From Macrostomum lignano (Eukaryota), in NCBI GenBank assembly GCA_002269645.1, contig NIVC01004220.1, forward strand, positions 1-54,282: a stretch of DNA of 54,282 nt. The letters run 5' to 3'. The translations under genes were made by a program, and so were the position numbers. Shown piece by piece: positions 12,051 through 23,729 of this stretch; the stretch's first letter is position 1; the number at the start of each line of letters is the position of its first letter. Under the pieces are notes generated by a model. That model saw only the letters and a list, made by a program, of their open reading frames with translations, was not told where the DNA came from and ran no database searches.

Positions 12051-13380
12051 GAGAAAAGAGATAAAAGAGGAGAAAAGAAAAAGCAAAGAGGAGAAATAGT
12101 GAGGAGAAAGAAGAGAGTAGATATGAGAGCATAGAGAGGAAAGATAAGAGAGTAAAGATGAGAGATAAGATGAGAAATGATAGATAAGCAAGGAGATAAG
12201 AGCAGAGAGGAGGTAAGAGAGATTAGAGATGAGAGAGCAAAGAGGAAAGAGGAGACAGACAACAGTCTTAGTCTGGACGATGGCAAGCAGTCAATTTTTG
12301 CAAACAGGTAAAACAACATGGTTTTTGCGAGGTTAATAGAGGATTTGGAGAGGATTTGGACGATGGAATTTGTGAGAAGTTATAGATATATATGTTTATT
12401 GCAAAGCACATGGTAATACAAATACAGATATGGTTTTAGGAACTGGTACTTTATATATCTAGTTCCTATATCTAATAAAACCATTCAACTGAGAATTATA
12501 AGACCATTAGAACTATTACTTTAATATAGGTAAGTAGGAAAGGCCTAGTATAAATAAATAAATATTACCAGTTAAAGTGAGGAGAAATCTTATATCCTTG
12601 GCTTGGAATTTGGGACTCAAGTATCAATTTATATATTGTTAATATTACGAGTATTTCCATATTGTGGTTAGTTAGTAAAGGCTAAAGTTAGAAGGAATAT
12701 TTTCACTTTTAATGTGAGCCCTATTTGAATATAGTTTAAAATCCTGTGGACTTGTGACATAGGTTTATAAACATTAGGGCTTATGCTTAGGTGCAATAAA
12801 TGTTATATATAAATATAACTAATTTTGTAGTGCAGTGCAATACCAAAATTTAACAACTTTGTATAGCAGATAATCATAGACCATATTGTACAGTTATTCC
12901 AAAAGAGAATATAAGAGCCAAGGGGAGCTCTAAAGTTCCTAGAATTAGGGATTCACTCAAGCAACAAAGACAGAAACATTTGAGAGTACATGCATCTTGA
13001 GATTAGAATATAGAAGGGTGGTTAAAATTAAGATATGTTTTCACTTTCAATATAAAAGGAGCTCTTAAGTCTTTGAAGTCAAGGACTCAAACAATAAATT
13101 TATGACATTTGCACATTGTGGTCAGGATAGTAGAGGCTTATGTTAAGATAAATAAAGCCAATAAGAAAGCCACTAGCATCTGCCATTATCAAAAAGGCTA
13201 GATTGCAAAGAAGGCTTCTTGAAAACAAGGGTCTAGATCATGTATAATATAATAATATCTTGTAGATTTTTTATATTACTGATTCTAGAACTAGAATTCA
13301 TTCAAGGCTTTTCATATTGTCTATTACATTTTCAGAATTGGTTCCAATATCTTTTGAGAAGTAATATAATTAGAGAGAAA

Positions 13381-14735
13381 CTAGCAATCTTCGCCCTCCA
13401 ATGGGGGACATCTGGATAGAATCTTTGTTCTTTACAAGTAACAAATAGCAAAATAAAGCTTTCAAAAAAACAACAGACATTCCTTCTAAAAAGAAAACAT
13501 CCCAAGAGAGCAAGCATCCCCAGACAGCATGCAAGCATCCCCCAGACCGCAAGCATCCCCTAGATAGCAAGCATCCCCCCGATAGCAAGCATCCCCAGAT
13601 AGCAAGAATCCCCCAATAGTAAGCATATCCTAGATAGCAAGCATTCCCCGATAGCAAGCAACCTCAGATAGCAAGCATCCCTGGAAACAAATAGTCTTTG
13701 TAGATAGCTAGCAAACCCCTCTCAGATAGCAAGTACCCACCACCCCCAAGAGCAAGCATCTCCCAATAGCAAGTTTCAAGTTACCCCAGTAGCAAGCATA
13801 TTTCCAATAGCAAGCATCCCCTTGATAGCAAGTATCTATCCTTAAAAAGCAAACATCCACCAGAGAACAAGTAGCTAGTGCAACAATTTCCATAGCTTTA
13901 TAATGGCTCCATTTTGTTCGACATGACGCTTCCTTTTTTCATTTCAAATTGTGTCTCTTTATGTTTGACATGGTGTCTCTTTTATGTTTGACATGGTGGC
14001 TCTTTAATTTTTGACATGGTGGCTCTTTTATTTTTGACATGGTGTCTTTTATATGATTGACATGGTGGCTCCTTTATGTTTGACATGGTGGCTCTTTAAT
14101 GTTTGACATGGTAACTCTTTTATCTTTGACATGGTAGCTCTTTATTGTTTGAAATGGTGGCTCTTTAATGTTTGACATGGCATCTTTTATATGATTGACA
14201 TGATGGCTCTTTTATGTTTGGCATGGTGGCTCTTTTATGTTTGATTTAATGGTTCTTTCATATTTGACATGGTAGCTCTTTTATGTTTGACATAGAGTCA
14301 CATATATGTTTGACATGGTGGTTCTTTTATGTTTGACATGGTGGCTTTTTAATGTTTGACATGGTGGCTCCTTAATGTTTGACATGGTGGCTCTTTAATG
14401 TTCAACATGGTGGCTCTTTAATGTTTGACATGGAGTCACGTATATGTTTGACATGGAGTCACATATATGTATTATGTTTGAAATGGAGTCATGTATATGT
14501 TTGAAATGGAGTCACATATATGTTTGACATGGAGTCACATATATGTTTGACATGGAGTCACATATATGTTTGACATGGAGTCACGTATATGTTTTACATA
14601 GTGGCTCTTATATGTTTGACATGGTGGGTCTTTTATGTTCGACATGGTGGCTCTTTTATGTTCGACATGGTAGCTCTTTAATGTTTGACATAGTGTCTCT
14701 TTTATGTTTGACATGGTGGCTCTTTTATGTTTAGC
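13381..14735 (-). mobile_element. Helitron-like non-autonomous element carrying two minisatellites (copy 1)
   Basis: Minus-strand 3' end reads GTCCCCCATTGGAGGGC hairpin, 8 nt, CTAG|T. Arrays are GATAGCAAGCATCCCC-type (~13500-13880) and TTTGACATGGTGGCTCTTT-type (~13965-14735). 5' end not identified. Confidence 0.55.
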
Positions 14736-15990
14736 ATTTTGTGTTTTTAAGGTGTTTTAATAAAAAATATTTTGTACTACTAAGATTCAAACCCAGGTCG
14801 TTACATTAGCAGTCCAGTCTGTTCGCATCTAGGGTATCTCTTTTCAACTGGAGAACATGAATTGTAGCCCTTATAATTCAATACTTACAGCAAGCCAGTT
14901 AGAGTAAAAAGTTATGACATAATCAATTTCTCAGTCAGCCAGTATCAGTCCCAATTTAAGTTAGCAATATGGTTACGCAATTTTAATCAAGTCTTGTGCG
15001 CATTTTTTCAACACTGTTTTCAACTTGTTGTGATGTAATTTTTATCAGAATCAAAATTCAGTCAGTCAGTGTTTTTTTCTAGCATTCTTCCAATGCATTT
15101 CAAGTTGAAAATTTAGCTTTACCTTTGCAAAAAAGCATGCTTTTCGAATATTTAATCCCTTTAACATTGAGCAATTTCTTAGCCAAGATGCATGTGTATC
15201 ATCCCAGGAAAATTTCTGATCAAATGGTGCAGGTTGGAAGAAAATCGGTTAAGCCGTTTTTTCTGAAATCTATTGCAAAGCTACATACAAACAACTCATT
15301 TTTTAGGATATAGGATATACAATTTTGACACTTCATTTACCTATTGATTCTGGTTCTAGAATCAGAATTATTCTTTTTCTGGAAATAATATTTGTAAAAA
15401 GCCTAAGGGTATAGGCTGAGCAATGCTGTGTTATCTTTGAGTGGTCATCCATGGATCCACAGATTAAGAAGAAATTCTGGCAACCACTTTGGCTTCTTAA
15501 GCACTTAAGCACAAGTAAATTCTTACATATTTGTATTACACTCAGGTATAGACCTAGAAATTTTTGAAAAGGGGGTGCAGATTACTAAGGTATATGTTAA
15601 TGTATATGTATACAATAGTATATATTTCTATAAAAAAAATTCAAACTTGATGGGGGCACATGCCCTATGTGCCCCCCCTTAAATCTGCTACTGATCCCAA
15701 TTGATTCACTTGGCATCTCCTTTAGGCAGCTATTCCACTCTCCCAGATCTCACAATTGTGTACATAGTTATAAGCATGATGTTTAGCTGCTGTGCCAGAG
15801 TGAAAAAGTCCTTCTTTCAAAGCATGCTTGGGTGCAACCTAGGGATTCACCTAGCTGTGCTATTGGACAGAATAGTAGTCATGTGACTGCTCTCAGCCAA
15901 TAGCAACTTACATGTGTTTATTGCCAATAGGAATGGCCAAGTGATTTCCAAGGTTGAGCATGTATGTTTCAAAGTCTCCAATGAACTGGT

Positions 15991-18061
15991 GTCTATTGCT
16001 ATTATCAATCTTGTTGTATCTATAGGGCTGTTGACCTACACCTTCTGGATTGTCATCTTTATCCTGATATCTTTCTCTGTTCCTTTGCCTGCTGTCAAAT
16101 ATTAAAGAGCCACCATTTCAAACATTAAAGAGCCATCATTACAGACATTAAGGTGCCACTAGGTCAAACATTAAAGAGCAACCATGTCTAACATTAACGA
16201 GTCACCATGTCAAGTATATTCGTGACTCCATGTCAAACATCAAATAGCCATCATACCAAACATTAAAGAGCCACCACATCGAAAATAAAAAAATCCACCA
16301 TGTAGAACATTAAAGAGCCATCATGTCAAACATAAAAGATACACAATTTCAAACATAAAAGTAAGCGTCATGCCAATTTTAAAGGAGCCACTATAGAGCT
16401 AAGGAAATTGTTGCACTAGCTACCTATTGTCTGGTGGATGCTTACTACTTGGGGATGCTTGCTATCTGGTGGATGCTTGCTATCTAGGGGATGCTTGCTA
16501 TCTGGGGATGCTTGCTATCTGGGGGATGCTTGCTATTTGGGGGATGCTTGCAATCTGGGGGATGCTTGCTATCTGGGGGAATATTAAAGAGCCACTATGT
16601 CGAACATTAAAGAGCCACCATGCCAAACATAAAAGAGCCACCATGTCGAACATTAAAGAGCCACCATGCCAAACGTAAAAGAGCCACCATGTAGAACATA
16701 AAAGAGCCACCATGTCGAACATTAAAGAATCATCATGTCAAACATAAAAGAGCCACCATGTCAAAAATTAAAGAGACACCATGTCAGACATTAAAAAAAA
16801 CCGAATCAAACATAAAAGAGCCAAAGGAGCCACAAACATAAAAGAGCCACCATCTCAAACATATATGTGACTCCATGTCAAACATAAAAGAGCCATCATG
16901 TCAAACATTAAAGAGCCACCATGTCGAACATTAAAGAACCATCATGTCTAACATTAAAGAGCTACCATGTCAAACACTAAAGAGCCACCATGTCGAACAT
17001 CAAAGAGCCACCATGTCAAACATAAAAGAGACACCATTTCGAAAATTAAAGAGCAACCATGTCATACATTAAAGAGACACCATGTCAGACATTAAAAAAA
17101 CCCGATTCAAACATAAAAGAGCCACCATGTAGAACATAAAAGAGCCACCATGTCAAACATAAAAAATACACAATTTCAAACTTAAAAGTAAGCGTCATGC
17201 CAATTTTAAAGGAGCCACTATAGAGCTAAGGAAATTGATCACTAGCTACTTATTGTCTGGTGGATGCTTACTATTTGGGGATGCTTGCTATCTGGGGGAT
17301 GCTTGCTATCTGGGGGATGCTTGCTATCTGGGGGAATATTAAAGAGCCACTATGTCGAGCATTAAAGAGCCACCATGTCAACCATAGAAGAGCCACCATG
17401 TCGAACATAAAAGAGCCACCATGTCAAACATAAAAGAGCCACCATGTCAAACATAAAAGAGCCACCATGTCAAACATAAAAGAGCCACCATGCCAAACAT
17501 GAAAGAGCCACCCTGTCGAACATAAAATGCTTGCTATCTGGGGGATGCTTGCTATCCGGGGGATGCTTGCTATCTGGGGGGATGCTTGCTATCTGGGGGA
17601 TGCTTGCTATCTGGGGGATGCTTGCAATCTGGGGGATGCTTGCTATTTGGGGGATGCTTGCAATCTGGGGATGCTTGCTATCTGGGGGATGCTTTGCTAT
17701 TTGGGGGTGCTTGCTATCTGGGGGATGCTTGCTATCTGGGGGATGCTTGCTATTTGGGGGATGCTTGCAATCTGGGGGATGCTTGCTATCTGGGGGATGC
17801 TTGCTGTCTTGGGATGATTTCTTTTTGCATTGCACTTTATTTGAGCAGTTTGTCTGTTGTCTTTGAGAAGGCTTTATCTGGCTCTGGCTGTCTTTTTGTT
17901 ACCTGTAGAGAGCAGAGATTCTATCCAGATGTCCCCCAACGGGGGGCGAAGATTGCTAGTCTATTGCTATTATCAATCTTGTTGTATCTATAGGGCTGTT
18001 GACCTACACCTTCTGGATTGTCATCTTTATCCTGATATCTTTCTCTGTTCCTTTGCCTGCT
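15991..18061 (+). repeat. Identical 103-bp direct repeat pair (15991-16093 and 17959-18061)
   Basis: GTCTATTGCTATTATCAATC...CTTTGCCTGCT read as identical at both positions. Confidence 0.9.
16094..17959 (+). mobile_element. Helitron-like non-autonomous element carrying two minisatellites (copy 2, internally multiplied)
   Basis: 3' end reads GTCCCCCAACGGGGGGC hairpin (17931-17947), GAAGATTG, CTAG|T (17956-17960). AAAGAGCCACCATGTCAAAC and GGGGATGCTTGCTATCT arrays alternate three times. Diverged inverse homolog of copy 1. Confidence 0.6.
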
Positions 18062-18503
18062 CTTTAAATAGCTTGTTTTGCACTTTTTCTATATCTTAAC
18101 TCCAAGCCTCAGCTATTGTGTTTGATTTGAAATGTCTGTCTCTTTTGGTTTTATTCTATCTGACTGAGTTGGGTATAAACTTGCATTTTTAACCATAGAC
18201 AATTTTGGCTGACTGAATAAAAAGGGCTCTGTTGAATATAAAAAGAGTGTCTGTCTTAATTGAATCTCTGTAAGCACTGTGTTTCATAGATAGTGTCTGA
18301 ATTGCAGTTTCAATTGTTTGAATTGAAAGGGAGTTTGGTCAAAAATAGGTGGTAAAATGGTGTAGCACATACTTGCCTTACAAAGGTTTAGCCATAAACA
18401 AAAAGCCTATGTTTGAATTGAAATGGCTCTATATATTGAATTGGCATTTGTTTTTATTGATTTGCCTGCAAGTGGTGCCCTAGTCTAAATTGAAGTTCTA
18501 CTA

Positions 18504-20078
18504 TAGCTTTTGTCATGCTATCTCAGCCTAGGGACATCCAAACTCAGCCAGCCCATCTCGACAGTGTGATTTTTTGGCTCGAGCTAGTCGAGTTTTACCA
18601 TAGACATGCTTCTTAAGGCCATGCTATCTCAGCCCGGGACATGCAATCCCAGCCAATATAGATTTCAATTGCAAACAGATCTCAATGCTATCATCTCTGT
18701 AACGTGACATGAAATGGCAACAAACAGCAATGAATGAACGCAGCAAGAAAAGTCAGTAAGGGTACGCAACAACGGACAAAGTCAGTAAGACGCTCAGTGC
18801 TCAGCCTAGTTGAAAGGCTGCTCTGCGATACACTGCGGGAAGTTCCGATTGCAGTGAATCTCCCATCTGGCCACCTTTAGCGGCGTCACAGCATCTAGCG
18901 CGACTCGGCCCACTCGCTCCAAGAGAATGAGGCGCCAAGCTTCGCAGGTGACCCCATCGGGTCGGCCACCAGCCTCCTCCTCCACCAGTGCAGGGTCAGC
19001 TAGCTGCAGCTTGATCGAGGCCTTCACTGCGCTGTGGGCCATTTCGCAGGGGTTTAGAAAAGGTGAGTAGGCGGGCAACAGATGAAGCTCAAACTGGTGG
19101 CGATGCTGCTCCGGCACTGCCACACCACGGTGAAAGGTAGACAATGACGACTCTGGCATTGCCGATCTGCGGGACAACTTGTTCAACAAGGTCGTTGACG
19201 AAGTGCTGAAATCTCTCCTTCGTCTGGCCTCCCCTGAAAAACTCGCTCTTCACCAGCCCCAAAGCGGAAGACACGGCCAGGCAGATCGAGAGATTTGGAC
19301 CCCTCTGGGTCGGGCATCGGCGCCTCACTGGCTGACCCCGTCGTGACCACCCTTGCGATCTGCGAGTCCACAGGTTGTAACCCGTTTCGTCGATGTAGAC
19401 GACCACCGTGTCCTGTTGCAGTTCGGTCATGAGCAGCGCGTACTCGCGTCTCTTCTCGATCACCCCCTGCGAGTTTGCGCTCAGTCGGATGTCAGTGTTC
19501 TTGGTGGCGATCTTGAACGTGTACAAAGCCCCTTCCAAGGCTCTGGCCAGTGTCTTGATGGTGACAGGCGGCTTGTTGGGAAGCTGGGCACTCAGCTTCG
19601 TGCGCAATGCTTTCAGCGTCGCCAGGGGGTTCGCATCCACGAAAGCAATAAGCGCCTGGCGCATCTCCTCATCGAACTTGCATGAGCCAATCTTTCTTCC
19701 CCCTCGCGGGAGGGCATCCACCCGGCCCGTTGCTTCATAAATCCTGACGATATGTCGAGCTGTCTTCAGATTCATGCGAAGAACTTTGGCGGCCACACGT
19801 AGGTCCTGACCTTCCGTCCACGCAGCAATCAGTCGTCTTCTGTCTTCGTCGCTTGTTGCTCTCATTCTGTTTCATTTGCTTCGATCACAGACTAAGCCAC
19901 AGACAGCTTGACATAGAATCTGAAAAGTGGCTGAGATTGCATGTCCCAGGCTGAGATAGCATGGCCTTAAGAAGCATGTCTATGGTAAAACTTGACTGAC
20001 TTACGTAAAAAATCGCACTGTCGAGATAGGCTGGCTGAGTTTGGATGTCTCTAGGCTGAGATAGCATGACAAATACTA
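18504..20078 (-). mobile_element. IS630/Tc1-type DNA transposon with long IR-DR-type TIRs, 1575 bp
   Basis: ~150-bp TIRs (18504-~18655 and ~19925-20078), each with two copies of CATGCTATCTCAGCC..GGACAT. TA flanks at 18502-18503 and 20079-20080. Encloses a transposase. Confidence 0.9.
18806..19865 (-). pseudogene. Tc1/IS630-like DDE transposase, frameshifted
   Basis: ATG at 19865. HTH-like N-terminus, YIDETG (D1) and YSPFLNPCE (E) are present. A single frameshift at ~19136-19141 (VIVY / TFHRG) lies where the second Asp (DNA motif) is expected. Confidence 0.9.
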
Positions 20079-20211
20079 TAGTTTTTTAGAACTTGAATTT
20101 GATCAAAATTGAACATGAAGAGGTGTAGTAGTAGGCCTATACTAAGACAATTAAATTATATGACTGTTTGAGACTTTGAGTTATGAGCCTATTGCATCTG
20201 CCTTACATTAA

Positions 20212-21488
20212 CAGTAGAACTACCAAGGGGGGGGGGAAAATTCCCCCCCCCCTGACAATTTTTTTTGCTGCACTGGAACGGAGCAACACAGACACACGAA
20301 ATTCAAGAACACGGGCTAACTTTTTGTTGCGCACCTTCTCAAACAAGAATCAAGTCGCCAGCCCTCCGGACCGTCGAGATATTCGACGATTCTGCCAGAA
20401 GGTCGGATTTTTCCCATAAGCGCTAGTGTATTCAGTACACCCCTGTACGCCAATCAGCACTGCGCCTCAGTGCAGCCTTGCCAAGTCTCCAAATTACATC
20501 AGCACGTCGACCACATGTGTCTGCATCAGTTCTGACTTCGTTTGTCACTAGCCTTCACCCAGGTGGAGCTTCTGGACCCTCAACAGCTGTGGCACCAGGT
20601 GACTATGGACACCCTGATGCGGATTTCTCTAGTTTCGCCGATCAAGCCTCGACAGTGGGCAAGAATCAACCGTCAAAAATTCTCAGCTAGTCTCTCAAGC
20701 ATTCCGTCATCATCCCGACGCCGTCGGCACCTTCAACAGATTACACCAGGTGACTATGGACACCCTGATGCTGATTTCTCTAGTTTCGCCGATCAAGCCT
20801 CGACAGTGGGCAAGCCTCAACTTCTGAAAACCCTCAGCTAGTCTCTCGAGCCTTCCGTCACCACCTTGACGCCGTCGGCACCTTCAACAGGTGGCACCAG
20901 GTGACTACGGACATCCTGTTGCAAATATGTTAGATTTTTCTTATCAAGCTTCAATAATGGGCAAACCTCAACCGATGGACATTGTCAGCTAGTTTCTCGA
21001 GCATTCCGTCATCACCCCGATGCCGTCGGCACCTTCAACAGATTACACCAGGTGACTATGGACACCCTGATGCTGATTTCTCTAGTTTCGCCGATCAAGC
21101 CTCGACAGTGGGCAAGAATCAACCGTCAGACATTCTCAGCTAGTCTCTCAAGCATACCGTAATCATCCCGACTTGGAGACTTTGGAGACTTGGCAAGGCT
21201 GCACTGAGGCGCAGTGCTAATTGGCGTACAGGGGTGTACTGAATACACTAGCGCTTATGGGAAAAATCCGACCTTCTGGCAGAATCGTCGAATATCTCGA
21301 CGGTCCGGAGGGCTGGCGACTTGATTCTTGTTTGAGAAGGTGCGCAACAAAAAGTTAGCCCGTGTTCTTGAATTTCGTGTGTCTGTTGCTCCGTTCCAGT
21401 GCAGCAAAAAAAATTGTCAGGAGGGGGGGAATTTCCCCCCCCCCCTTGGTAGTTCGACGGGCGGAAAAATGGCTTGGTATTCCTACTG
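20212..21488. mobile_element. TTAA-flanked MITE with ~270-bp TIRs (piggyBac-like target), 1277 bp
   Basis: TTAA at 20208-20211 and 21489-21492; CAGTAG termini. Near-identical TIRs ~20217-20488 vs ~21182-21455, with the left TIR lacking ~27 bp near its end. No coding capacity. Confidence 0.85.
20590..21180. repeat. 150-bp tandem repeat, ~4 copies, internal to the MITE
   Basis: CACCAGGTGACTA anchors at ~20595, ~20745, ~20896 and ~21046. Confidence 0.9.
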
Positions 21489-21538
21489 TTAACTAAGTCT
21501 ATCTATCTAACTTTGTGCCAATCTTGAAATCTTTCAAG

Positions 21539-21707
21539 CTATATCATTCTATGCCTATTAAAATTTTATATTGCATTTTGCTATATCATTCTATGCCTAT
21601 TAAAATTTTATATTGCATTTTGCTATATCATTCTATGCCTATTAAAATTTTATATTGCATTTTGCTATATCATTCTATGCCTATTAAAATTTTATATTGC
21701 ATTTTGC
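21539..21707. repeat. 42-bp tandem repeat, 4 copies
   Basis: Unit CTATATCATTCTATGCCTATTAAAATTTTATATTGCATTTTG. Confidence 0.95.
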
Positions 21708-22677
21708 ATTAAAAGTTAAAACTATATTGGGTTTTAAAAATGCAAATATTTTAGAATATAAGATGAATGCTAGACCCCTATAAAATAAGTTACTTTTATT
21801 TTTTTAAAGTTGAGTTATGTGATTTGGTGTAAATTAGTTTTGATTGTCTTAAGACATTTTTTGTGATCCTATAGAAAAAAAAGTTTAAATGTAAAATGTC
21901 CTGCATAAAAATTATATCTTTTTGTTTCTTTCTTTATTTGCTAAGAAAAAAATGTTTTTAATAAATATTTGAGATACAAAATGAAACAATAAAAAAATAC
22001 TATCAAAAGGTTGGGCCATGATAATAAAAAATCTTCACAAGAAATAAAAAAAAAATTATTGTGGAGCCATTAAACACTAAAATTTCATTTGAAGGTTAAA
22101 CAGTTATATACTTGTATTTCCTACAAAGCCCTTTGTTTTATAACAGTTTAAATGATTTCATCTATAAGCAATATAAAAGCCATATTTTTTTCACTTTCAG
22201 TGTGAAACACTTCAAAGCTGATTGTTACAATGAATAGGATAACAAACAAAATAGAAACAGTTTTGAAAATTAGAAGTTATTTTATACATTTATTCATATA
22301 CTGAGGAATGATTAGAAACAAGGTAGAAAAAAATATATATTCACCATTTATTTTCTAGCAAAATCATTCCTTGGCAAAAATGAATAATGTCTAATGCATC
22401 TTTACCTTAGTTGATTCCTTCTGGTTAGGGTATTATATTATGAAGTAAAATAAATCTTAAGTCTATGCATATGCATATCATTAAATTAGGTAGTAGCAAT
22501 ATGATCAGAATAAAATTTGATAACTTTAATGTTTGTTAAAATTTGTATTTGTTCTCTACTATAAGTCCCTACTATTGGGACTATGCTGATGCATTTATTG
22601 CCTAATTGTTGCAAATTTTAACCGCTACAACAACCAATAATCAAGCAAGCTCATGAAATAATAATGATCTATTGCAG

Positions 22678-23031
22678 GCATCAAAAGCTGCAGGCAAACT
22701 CACCACAGGCCTTACTGGCCTAGCTGTGAACTCCACGCCGCATATCTCCCTGACCGCTCTGTACGATCGCACCCTCAAGCTGCTGGCTCGCATGCCGGCC
22801 GATGCCAAGTACCGTCAGTCTACCGAGGCCATCGTGAAGGAGCGCCTGGCCGCCGTGAACTCGGAGCCCGACATCAGCCGCCTAGAGAAGCGGATTAACT
22901 GCGGCCAGATTGAAGAAGTTGTACAGCAGGCCGAGCGGGAACTGCAATTGGCTAGAAATTTTCTCGCCTGGAAACCATGGGAACCGCTGATTGGCCAGGC
23001 GCCGCCCAACCAATGGAAATGGCCGCTCTAA
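22678..23031 (+). CDS. NDUFA5: NADH:ubiquinone oxidoreductase subunit A5 (B13); coding exon begins at a splice acceptor with no ATG
   Basis: TTGLTGLAV, YRQSTE, GQIEEV..QAE.EL and WKPWEPL...PPNQWKWPL are typical NDUFA5 motifs. Acceptor TTGCAG at 22672-22677 is in phase 0. An in-frame stop lies upstream with no intervening ATG. Confidence 0.93.
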   Translation, partial: ASKAAGKLTTGLTGLAVNSTPHISLTALYDRTLKLLARMPADAKYRQSTEAIVKERLAAVNSEPDISRLEKRINCGQIEEVVQQAERELQLARNFLAWKPWEPLIGQAPPNQWKWPL

Positions 23032-23729
23032 AGCACGGGTGTCATATATATATATATTATCTAACTATCTACTGAAAAGTGTACCAATGCCTGTGTGAAC
23101 TTACCCCACCTAGACTGTTAGATATGCTTTTGTTAATTTTGCTTCGGAATATTCAGTTATGAGGCTCAACTTCCTCCTCCCGTGTCTCTCCGTAGGGTAA
23201 TATTTAGGCTAAAATTTTCTAGCTTAGAAATATATTAGATAAGAATTGCAGTTTTAATAGGAGGCTCCCATTGTTCGACTGTCAAATATAAACTGACATC
23301 ATTTTGGCTATTATCTGTTCTATTTATTTGTGTGTCAGCAGTTTTAAAACTTTAGCTCAATGTATTTCAGTTATTATATGCTGTAAGTAGGATGGTAAAT
23401 TTATATTACCATCCTACTTATAGTAGTATAGTAGGTGGTTTACGAATACCTAGATCGATAGATTCGTGTTTGAAATCTTTAGGTTGTCATCTATGGAATT
23501 GTCAGCTATGGAATTGCTGTTAAAAGTCTGTAGATTGTCATTTATAACTGTAGATTCGCTGTTGAAATCTGAAGATTGTTATCTAGAACTGTAGATTTGC
23601 TGTTGAAATTTGTCAAGTGTTATGCTAATTAAGTAATATCTCAGTAATAATTTAAACTTTTCTGACCGAAATCATGCCTCACTTTTAGTTGCTATGCAAA
23701 GCTTCGGCGGTGACTCCAGAACGACACTA

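Noticed and set aside
13380-17960. Single foldback (FB-type) transposon
   Set aside because: The arms are clearly diverged, there is no TSD, and each arm has its own Helitron-like 3' end. Kept only as an alternative.
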